From Paramoeba atlantica (taxonomy: Eukaryota; Protista; Discosea): DNA of 64,000 bases. How positions within the stretch are numbered: position 1 is the stretch's first letter; each line of letters starts with the position of its first letter. The position numbers and the translations under genes were made by a program. The notes under the pieces were generated by a model. The model ran no database searches. It saw only the letters and a list, made by a program, of their open reading frames with translations, and was not told where the DNA came from. Positions 21,851 to 29,972 of this stretch are shown piece by piece. The stretch lies in assembly GCA_977017575.1 (NCBI GenBank), contig CDRNVI010000002.1:62001-126000 (forward strand). The letters are read 5' to 3'.

Positions 21851-21941
21851 AAACGCGGTGGTTGTCTTCAACATAGAAGTCACTCATGCTGCGAGCTTCG
21901 CGCTGAAAACTATCTCCGCCTTTAACGAAGAACCTAAAAAA
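21851..21941. repeat. Hairpin element H, copy 1 (inverted relative to 24670-24778; outer left arm missing)
   Basis: The 29-nt loop atagaagtcactcatgctgcgagcttcgc is the reverse complement of the 24710-24738 loop with 1 mismatch; arms are homologous. Confidence 0.8.
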
Positions 21942-22124
21942 GTGGAAAACAATCCTCACAGAAACAAAAATTAACAATGCTTTTATTAACAAAGCATAAA
22001 TTAACAACGTAATTAAATTTTTTGAAGCAAACTTTGTTAATAAATGTTATTGTTATGAAATGCGTCACCGGTAAGAGCTTTTGACACGAACTTATTTCTT
22101 TAATTACAGTCCTTTATTTCAAAT

Positions 22125-22174
22125 ATGGAGATACCTGGAGGTCACTGGAAATATCTGGAGATACATGGAGATAG
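22125..22174. repeat. Tandem 10-bp repeat, 5 units, consensus (C/A)TGGAGATAC
   Basis: atggagatac ctggaggtca ctggaaatat ctggagatac atggagatag. Confidence 0.8.
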
Positions 22175-22215
22175 TTTTTCATTGTAGCAACCTGCTATCT
22201 GCAGACTCTCCATTA

Positions 22216-24056
22216 CTGTATTCCTCTTTATATTTTCACTGTTTTTGTCCACGTTTTTTTCAATAATCGAGGATAGAGCGGTAGTTGTACAACCACCTCA
22301 ATAATTAATTCCAACATGGAGAGACAGAGGTTTCGACATCGGCACCTGAATTTTAGTTGCGGTGTACATGTGCCGCATGCTCGTATGTTCACCACATGTA
22401 GACCACAAGGTTGCAAGAAAGCAAAACTAGACCTAGAGATGATGATTTCATTATGCTTTCATTTCATGAAACCGCAACGAAGATTCAAAAAAAAAATCTA
22501 GAGCATCGATTCTGAATCGCATATACAAATGTAAATTTATGTACATACTTTCAGCAGTTAAACATACGAACCATCACACTCGAGGATCTGGAGGTACGCC
22601 CTCTAATTTTCCCAGGCGTTTTAGATTTTGGACTCGAATTGCATTGATCCGCTTTTCGTTAAAAGGAACAAAAGCCTCGTTGTCTAATCTGTGTATTAAG
22701 CGATCTCCAGCGCTTCTCCACTCATGTCCAAATTTAGAAATCAACGAAGCACACACTGAAAACGGAAGATCCTCGAATGTTCGAATGAGGTGCGTAACTC
22801 GGTGAAAATGAAATGCAGCTTTCCACACGCCGGCTCGAACAGCGGCTTGTATGCTGGGGGGAAAGTTTTCTTCGGGAAAGGCTCCCTTAGTATTCATCTC
22901 GGTGATCTCGCCGAGTGCCTCTATCCACCGTCCCGCGCATAAAAGTATGTTGGTGTTGTTCGGATAAAGACACACAAGATGGTTCCATGTAAGAGAACTA
23001 TACAAGGGTCGAAGAATGGCTATCCATTGTCGCCATTGTGAGCTCTCTAGAGCAAATGCAATATGAGACAAAGTTCTGTTATTTTGCGTATTGACGGGCA
23101 TAAAGGATTTGGGGGCCGTAAGTGGATTAAAAAATTCGGCAGCCAACCTCCACTGGTGCAATTGCAGAGCATGTTGTAGCACAGTAAGCTTTATCAAAGG
23201 GGTAGTGGGTACATGTGCAGAGGAACGAGATGTATAGAATGCGCGAAGATAGTGAACAAGGCGCTGGGCAATCTGAACTTGGTAAAAGTACTGTGGAGGA
23301 ATTTTCGCCTGAAATGATCGAGGCATAGGATGCAATCCAGGAGAACTCACGAAGAGTTTTACTGCAGTTTTCCATTCTCCTGCCTTGCAAAGTTCGGATA
23401 TGGCTGTGTGTCGAACAGCACTGGGGATAACAGAGCCATGAGGACCTTGTAGGATACGGCCTAGTTCACACCAGTGAGAAGCCCGAGCCAGCATAATACT
23501 ATACTCAGTGGCAAGCCGTAATCCATTCGACAATAAGTATGAGGTCGGAGAGTCCAGCCATGATAACAGATTATGTAACTGTTCGGCTTGTTGGTGGCGA
23601 CACAAAAGGGTCAGCATTCGTTCGACTTGAAGGAAATGAGGATCTCTATGCTTCATGTGAATCCGTAGAAATTGGCTGAGTGAAGCCTGCCACGAAGTTG
23701 GAACTGTAGTTGCGAGAACGCCTTTCGTGCTCTGGCGGTTAATGCATACGATAACACTGGCGCGCCTATACATTAATAATTATCTTTACGACAGTGTCCT
23801 AAAGACGCAAGACTTGGCCCAGACACGTGTATTCTTTTTTCGTAGTCTTACCTGTGTGATACACATTTGCTGTGTGCGTCACAATGTTGACCAACGGGGC
23901 ACACAACATACATAGTGTGTAACATGGCAAATAAGAGAAAATAACTTACAATCTTGTTTATTAGTTACAAGGTTGCGGTGGTTGTATAACTACCGCTCTA
24001 TCCTCGATTATTGAAAAAAAGTGAACAAAACAGTGAAAATATAAAGAGAAACACAG
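22216..24056. mobile_element. Candidate Pack-type TIR element: 82/80-bp inverted repeats with TA flanks enclosing a PPR-like gene
   Basis: 22216-22297 and 23977-24056 are inverted copies (76/82 aligned positions); TA at 22214-15 and 24057-58. Outer ends begin CTGT(A/G)TT(C/T)CTCTTTATA, similar to the MITE-1 TIR. Confidence 0.5.
22574..23773 (-). CDS. Degenerate PPR-like helical-repeat protein, probably mitochondrial
   Basis: PPR-like motifs AVRHTAISELCKAGEWKTAVKLF, SIQAAVRAGVWKAAFHF and ILLCAGRWIEALGEI; Arg/Ser-rich N-terminus. Confidence 0.5.
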   Translation of the reverse strand: MYRRASVIVCINRQSTKGVLATTVPTSWQASLSQFLRIHMKHRDPHFLQVERMLTLLCRHQQAEQLHNLLSWLDSPTSYLLSNGLRLATEYSIMLARASHWCELGRILQGPHGSVIPSAVRHTAISELCKAGEWKTAVKLFVSSPGLHPMPRSFQAKIPPQYFYQVQIAQRLVHYLRAFYTSRSSAHVPTTPLIKLTVLQHALQLHQWRLAAEFFNPLTAPKSFMPVNTQNNRTLSHIAFALESSQWRQWIAILRPLYSSLTWNHLVCLYPNNTNILLCAGRWIEALGEITEMNTKGAFPEENFPPSIQAAVRAGVWKAAFHFHRVTHLIRTFEDLPFSVCASLISKFGHEWRSAGDRLIHRLDNEAFVPFNEKRINAIRVQNLKRLGKLEGVPPDPRV

Positions 24057-24123
24057 TAATAATAATAGAAGAAAAAAATATAAAAGGGGGCTCCGGTGGT
24101 CCAAAAAAAAATATGAAAAGAAT

Positions 24124-24164
24124 GGGGGGTCTAGGGGGGGTCTAGGGGGGGGTCCATGGGGGGG
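24124..24164 (+). other. Canonical G-quadruplex motif
   Basis: G6-TCTA-G7-TCTA-G8-TCCAT-G7. Confidence 0.75.
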
Positions 24165-24366
24165 CATACTGCACGATGTTTTTTGCAAAACATTTTTTTT
24201 GAAAAAAAAACTCAGAAGGGGTAGCCGGAGTCTTGGCACGCATTTTCCACCCCCTACCCGGGGGTGGCCCCCCCGCGTATCCGCAGGACGGGTCCGCCAA
24301 GTTCGGATTTTTTCGGATCTTTTTTGAAAAACATTTCAACTTGGCGAAACGAATGACAAAAAAATA

Positions 24367-24476
24367 CTGTACCCCCCTACTTAATTGTCACCCCTTTTCC
24401 GGAAAAAGGACAATTAAATAGAGGGGGGTGCAAAAATTGAAGTAGGTGAAAAAAAATTTGAGCCGCTTCGCGGCGC
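24367..24476. mobile_element. Orphan MITE end related to MITE-1 and MITE-2
   Basis: TA followed by ctgtacccccctacttaattgtc (24367-89), an internal inverted copy at 24409-32, then an A-run and gccgcttcgcggcgc (24462-76) shared with MITE-2. No partner TIR found. Confidence 0.55.
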
Positions 24477-24669
24477 ATGTTTTCCTCACTTCTACTATCT
24501 GCTATTATTGTTCTTGTGTAAGCGTAGGTCTAACGGACATACTAACATGCAAAACGTAGGCTTGTGTTTACAGAAACAGTATCATTATCGTTTCGTGGGG
24601 AGTTCGACAGGACCAGCCAAAGAAATCTCAAATCCTACGGTTATCTTCAGCTTTCCTGGCCAATTTTTC

Positions 24670-24778
24670 TTTTTTGGGCTCTTCGTGAAACGCGGTGGTA
24701 GTTTTCAACGCGAAGCTCGCAGCATGAGTGACTTCTAAGTTGAAAACAACCATCGCGTTTGACGATGAGCCTAAAAAA
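24670..24778. repeat. Hairpin element H, copy 2: about 40-bp arms around a 29-nt loop beginning GCGAAGC
   Basis: ttttttgggctcttcgtgaaacgcggtggtagttttcaac pairs with gttgaaaacaaccatcgcgtttgacgatgagcctaaaaaa. Confidence 0.8.
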
Positions 24779-24997
24779 ATATGTGAGAGGTTGCGGAGGG
24801 GATTCGGCGCGGTCTCGGGCGAAGTACCCGCAGCCTCATGTGTAGATGAATAGTTTTAAGGACCCCCGTAATAAAATTTCATTCGGTGAAGAAGACTGTG
24901 GAGTGCACTTTATTAGGGTGAGTATACAGTGCTCTGAGTTCCTAAAGTTACGTATGAATAATGAATATACAGGTAAGTAAGACCCACGAAAAACTCA

Positions 24998-26962
24998 TTA
25001 TCTCTCCGTTTTAATACGAGAATTCTTCCTGTTAGGTCGTCGGCCTGCAGCACTAGGCTTGTCTTGGGCGACTGTCGCACCACTATTGCCTCTATTCAAT
25101 ATATCAGTATCTTGTGAAGTACGCTCTTCGAGTACGCCATCTTCTAGAGTAAAAGTCCCTCGACCTCGCGTAGCGGAGCGCCCCCTTCCTCGTCCCCTTG
25201 CTCTACGAACTGCGTTGGAATCTGCAGAATCAGCACGATGCGATGCAGTCTGTATAACTTTTTCTACGCTATTGCTTTCCACGTTCACCTCTGCTGTGCT
25301 CGTCGGTACAGTAGTGTTCGATCCCAGTGCATTGAATAATAGTTGCTCTGTGTTGACTTCTGGAACGGCATGATCTCTTACTTGCTCCTTGTTAATGTGA
25401 GTCTTGTATTCTCGAGCTTCCTGGATAATGCGGGATTGTTCTAGATCAACGGGATGGCCCGGGCCCACGTCTTCTCGAACCGTTTTCCATATAGTCTTCT
25501 GACAATTTTGTAACAGTTTGTCGATTGCATCGTCAATTGCACCCTTTTCCTCTTTCTCTGCGTAGTTAAGAACTGCGTTACCCAAAACGCTTTCGCTCAA
25601 CATAGTACAGACATCCTTCGTTGTGCTATGCAGAAGATCTTGAATGCGAACTTTCGCATCCGTAGTTGCTATATTATGAAAGCCGAAAATCTGATCTGGG
25701 TCTGTAAGACATAAATTCGTGCTTCGAATTTTTAAACCGTGAAGAATTTCCTGTGGATTGGCGACGATATCTACAAAGTGTTGTCCGAAACGAGCTGGAT
25801 GAACCGTAGGATACGGAGTACCATCAGGATGATTGTAATCAACGTTGAGACGAAGTAAAGGAAAGCGAAGTTGAGGATTCTGTTCGAGAAAGTTTCCAGG
25901 AATTTCTTGCGTCAATTCTTCGGCCTCTTGTGCCATATTTTCAACCGAGTTCCTCAGATATTCTTCCACCAGTTCCCTTCTTTTTGGAATCTGTTCCTGA
26001 CTCAGATCAATCGTGCGAAGAACCAAGGGTCTTACCGAGCGCAGCGGATGACTAAAAAGTCGGTACGATGTTTTCCTAATTTCTACGACGCAACACATTT
26101 TGCGAGTTGGTCCTTCGGCCCCCAAGGAAGTTACAACAGTACTTCCTGGTTGAATAATATCGAAGCCTCGCCCGCTTTCACTTTGAGTAGGGTCTATTTC
26201 ATGAGGATGAGCTTTCTGCTCGTGTTCGTTGCCCCATATAACAAGATCAGCAATGCCCGCCAACATTTCGTCGTAAATACCAGCTTTTCCACGAGGGTTT
26301 CGTATGCCTCGATTTTGGTGTATAACAAGAATACGGAACCACGATGTTGCACTTTGATTTGAAGGATTTTCCTCTTCAGGGAGTCGAAGAGTAATTTTCC
26401 CCAAAGTAAAACATCTATGAAGTCTTTCATCGCGTACGTATCCCAATCCGTATATTGCAAGATTTGTTTGAGTACCTTTTCGAATTAGAATTGGGTTCAG
26501 TTCAATGTCATCTAGATCTTGTGAGTGCCCAAAATAGTTTACCAGGCCCGCGGTAGAGAGAATATCTATTGGACTGTACCCACAAACGGCGTCATCATGA
26601 TTTCCATGGATAATGAATATTGGCATTTCAACGTTAAGATTCGGATCCTCGAAATTTGCGCAAGGATTGGGATGTGTAGGAAAATTTATTTTTGGATCGC
26701 TCACAATATCAAAGTTAATAGATTTTGATCCCATCACGTATTTACGTAGTAAAGACAACGTGCGAGTCATGGTTGCTAACGAGGGTTTGTGCTCATGAAA
26801 CAAATCACCTCCCAGTAACACAAAATCACAAGCATTCTCTTGCGCGATGCACAAGCACTCTTCTAAAGTGTTGAAACTATCATGTTTCCTGATAGGATCT
26901 CTTTCAAGGTATCCTAAATGATTATCTGTTGTAATGAGTATGCGAAGTGTTTCTGCTGACAT
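24998..26962 (-). CDS. MRE11: Double-strand break repair nuclease MRE11
   Basis: Motifs ITTDNHLGY, LLGGDLFH, IHGNHDD, VIHQNR, WGNEHE and QPGS; C-terminal GAR motif RGRGRGR. Confidence 0.97.
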   Translation of the reverse strand: MSAETLRILITTDNHLGYLERDPIRKHDSFNTLEECLCIAQENACDFVLLGGDLFHEHKPSLATMTRTLSLLRKYVMGSKSINFDIVSDPKINFPTHPNPCANFEDPNLNVEMPIFIIHGNHDDAVCGYSPIDILSTAGLVNYFGHSQDLDDIELNPILIRKGTQTNLAIYGLGYVRDERLHRCFTLGKITLRLPEEENPSNQSATSWFRILVIHQNRGIRNPRGKAGIYDEMLAGIADLVIWGNEHEQKAHPHEIDPTQSESGRGFDIIQPGSTVVTSLGAEGPTRKMCCVVEIRKTSYRLFSHPLRSVRPLVLRTIDLSQEQIPKRRELVEEYLRNSVENMAQEAEELTQEIPGNFLEQNPQLRFPLLRLNVDYNHPDGTPYPTVHPARFGQHFVDIVANPQEILHGLKIRSTNLCLTDPDQIFGFHNIATTDAKVRIQDLLHSTTKDVCTMLSESVLGNAVLNYAEKEEKGAIDDAIDKLLQNCQKTIWKTVREDVGPGHPVDLEQSRIIQEAREYKTHINKEQVRDHAVPEVNTEQLLFNALGSNTTVPTSTAEVNVESNSVEKVIQTASHRADSADSNAVRRARGRGRGRSATRGRGTFTLEDGVLEERTSQDTDILNRGNSGATVAQDKPSAAGRRPNRKNSRIKTER

Positions 26963-27423
26963 CACTGGTAATAAAATAATAGAAACGAAGTCTTTGTTAA
27001 TGTCGTGAACCGAGAAAATTCATATTTCTTCTCGATGCTCGAAAGAAAACTAAAGAACGTGTCAAAACTATACAGAACGTGTCAGTATACACTTGTCGAA
27101 TAAGACAATTGGAGATGTACAGTGTAGCGAGACTTACATAGAGAAAAAAGGGAGAAAAATAGAATACATTGTAAAAGGAGCGCTTAGCAAAACTCGAAAT
27201 ACTGAAAGTGGAAGGGTATTGTGAAAGAGAAAATCTCAAAGGGTAAATCTCTTTAAGGCACTGATCGTTAATAGGGAAATTTATAGTGGAACAAAAAAAC
27301 CTTTCATATAGACATGTATTTAGTATTTTCTCTTATACTCTGCAATTTCGCCGTTTCGTTGCGAGATGCAAATTACGTACTGATAATAGAGAGGAAAACT
27401 ATTCTGAGCAGCTAAATAAAGTG

Positions 27424-27849
27424 TTACACATCGAGCCTTTTGCGCATTTCATCCACAAATGGACTATCTGGCTCCACGAGAGGGTACACTGAATGACGCC
27501 CAAGCATGACACCAGCCATGAAAAGCGTAAAACAACGCACAAGGAAACGAAAGAATAGCACCCAATGCTTGTAGCTGTAGATCTGAAAATTTAGCCCCTC
27601 CCTTGTTACAAATGTAATTTCGTCTCTCAATCTTTGAAAACGGTACGTAATAAACTGAAGCTGGTGTGAAATGTACTTTTGTGTGGATGCCGCTGCAGGG
27701 TCAGCCCCTGTAAGTTCAGCTTCTGCGATGCATTTTTTTACTTCGTCCGACTGCAGGTGAGATCGTCTTGCAAAAAAGTCCACAATCTTATTTCCTGCGA
27801 CGGTAGCAGGGTAGAGAACGCGCCCTGTGATGTTTTGTGCAATTGACAT
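27424..27849 (-). CDS. Mitochondrial ATP synthase subunit g (kinetoplastid type)
   Basis: G.D.A..STQKYI..Q.....YR..R..DE and RFL.....LF..G..LGR.SVYP...PDSP match the trypanosome subunit g pattern. Probable ATG at 27849. Confidence 0.8.
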   Translation of the reverse strand: MSIAQNITGRVLYPATVAGNKIVDFFARRSHLQSDEVKKCIAEAELTGADPAAASTQKYISHQLQFITYRFQRLRDEITFVTREGLNFQIYSYKHWVLFFRFLVRCFTLFMAGVMLGRHSVYPLVEPDSPFVDEMRKRLDV

Positions 27850-28242
27850 GAATGAATATATGAATAGCCAAGAAAACTTAAAATCTACATGTATGCAATT
27901 ATGAGCCCTGCTTCTGGGAACTGCATGATTTAATATGCTTTGCAAAGAGTGTAAGTCAGTCGGGACAACGAAGTGGCTTCATTCGCGCAATGATACAAGT
28001 TATGTGATAAGTAAGATTTGTAACAAAAAGAAATTATCCAAGCTACTGCTGGCGCAAAGCGCTCACTACGCGCATTTGCCAAATCAGTATAGAAAAGTAT
28101 GAAAAATGTTTGGAAAATAATGATTTGGAGGGTCCAGGATGAGAGATAGAGTGAGAGAGATATCAATTCGGAGTGGTTTACGATCACAAAAATTTAACAC
28201 TAAAGGCAAGGAATGCAAGAAATTACCACAGAGCAATATATC

Positions 28243-28857
28243 TTTTTTTATCCCCGTGGCCCAATTAGCGCACGCCCCTACGGTACCAGTTTCGCACCGC
28301 GGCGTGCGCTATCTGGGCGTTCCCCTTCTGTATCGCCACCCCAATTGCCATAAGGAAGTGGTCTGGGCAGCCATTTTTGTCCCAGGTGACCTTCCGAGCT
28401 ACCAGATTTAGGAACTGGAGGGTCTCGGGCCCGGGACTCTATACGTGGTGAAAGAAAGGGGAAAAAACTCCATGTCTCTCATCCGTGCCATCTCCTCATG
28501 AGTACGTCTTTTGAGACGTTCGGCTTGTCTCATGGTGAAGGAGGGCTCAGCCGCCTCCTTTTCGACGTAAGAAGGGCTAGTGGGTTGACCACCGTCATGT
28601 CCACCAGGACATGCTTCCTCCCCAAAAGGAAGAAGATGTCCGGTCTCCGGCCGTTGTCGAACAGTGGTTCGAACAGGTGCGGGGAGAACCCGTACTATAT
28701 CAGTAGGTTCCTGAACGTCTCCTCAACCCCCTTATGACGGGAAGCTTGGGTCTTACCCCGAACCTTCTTACAATCCATGGCATGGACGCGAGTCCTTATT
28801 TTTGAGGGATGCGCCGCACACGCATTGGGTTTCAGGTTCAGAGGTGGGGGCCACCAT
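28243..28857 (-). mobile_element. 5'-truncated, decayed CRE-clade (CRE/SLACS/CZAR-like) non-LTR retrotransposon: CCHC finger, REL endonuclease and A7 tail
   Basis: Reconstructed frame CVCG..(fs)VHAMDC..SRHKGV..(*)..GRRPDIFF..VLVDMTVVNPLA(fs)SYV..QAERLK..FFPLSFTTY..GP(fs)ETLQFL..AIGVAIQKGNA..*. Three frameshifts (about 28790, 28575, 28430) and an in-frame TAG at 28695-97. Confidence 0.85.
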
Positions 28858-29025
28858 ACAATGTATATACATGTATGTATCCTGTATGTAAATTTATATC
28901 TTTCTACTAGAAAGATATTGCTAGAAAATTTCTAGAAATATCCTAAACGAGTAGTGACTTTTCTTGAAGATAGCCACCAGGTTAAGGTCAATTTAAAGAT
29001 GCCACTTCCTTTGTTGGAACTTGAA

Positions 29026-29817
29026 TTACCTAGATCTTGTTTTAGTTTTATTCTTATTTTTGCTCTTGGAAACCCTGAGAGAGATTCCAATAATTAACCC
29101 TATTAGAATAAGCGCAGCAAAGAGTATTACAATGCGATCCCGAAATGCACGACGAGCAAGCCCACGCACTGTCCTCTTTGCTTTGCGTACTCCAGCTCCG
29201 AGATCATCTAACGAAATATCGATTCCGCGAACATGTTCCGCCTGGTCTCGAAGTCGAAGGGTCGTATCAGAGGAGATATGCTCCATATCTGCTACTGCAC
29301 GTTCTGACTGAACCAAAGATGATAACACTTCACTTTGGTATTTCTTTATTCGAGTGGCCGTATGGGCCATATGGGATGGAATCCTATCCGAAGAAGTGTC
29401 ACTCATAGTAGTCGAAGAATTGACAAGATTAGGATGCCTCTGCATTCTGTCACGAGCAAGAATTTTTTTATACGTTGTTTCTTTGTCAGAAGATAAACTC
29501 GCCTCTGATTCTGCACCTTGGGAAGACAATTGAGTCTCGAAAGCATGTACACGTGATCTATGATATGACAGTTGGTGCTTGTATGCTTCGTATACGATAG
29601 AATCTTTCTGCCTTTGCCACTCCATTTCGTATTCTTCAAGCAACTGTCTTGCCTTTTGAAAAACTTGGAATGTCGTATTGTTATCTTCCCGTTCACCAGT
29701 ATTTCCTTTGGAAGTGTGTAATATGCTATCTAATTCTTTTTCGATCCGAATCAGATGCTCATCATACTGCGTAAGAGTGAAGCCGGGGAAAGGTTCTGAA
29801 CTGGGTACCTGTGGCAT
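29026..29817 (-). CDS. Qb-SNARE (Vti1/NPSN-like), tail-anchored
   Basis: Habc helices, SNARE motif around LRDQAEHVRG.......L....RTVRGLARR, C-terminal TM helix. Confidence 0.75.
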   Translation of the reverse strand: MPQVPSSEPFPGFTLTQYDEHLIRIEKELDSILHTSKGNTGEREDNNTTFQVFQKARQLLEEYEMEWQRQKDSIVYEAYKHQLSYHRSRVHAFETQLSSQGAESEASLSSDKETTYKKILARDRMQRHPNLVNSSTTMSDTSSDRIPSHMAHTATRIKKYQSEVLSSLVQSERAVADMEHISSDTTLRLRDQAEHVRGIDISLDDLGAGVRKAKRTVRGLARRAFRDRIVILFAALILIGLIIGISLRVSKSKNKNKTKTRSR

Positions 29818-29972
29818 GCCAGAAAAACTGTCGTATACAAGTTGTATGCATATTCTTTATATGTGACGAATATGTTTTCATGACCTAAAATTGAAGGCGT
29901 ACAGTACTTGTCCGTTCGAAAAAAGGACAGGAATATCAATAATAGACGAACATTTATTACGAAAATTACCAC

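Noticed and set aside
22105-22220. TACAGT...ACTGTA as a possible mini-MITE
   Set aside because: Complementarity stops after CAGT; the right-hand hexamer is better explained as the start of the 82-bp IR.
22439-22515. Box C (ATGATGA) and box D (CTGA) about 75 nt apart
   Set aside because: Antisense to the polycistron, no terminal stem and no recognisable rRNA guide.
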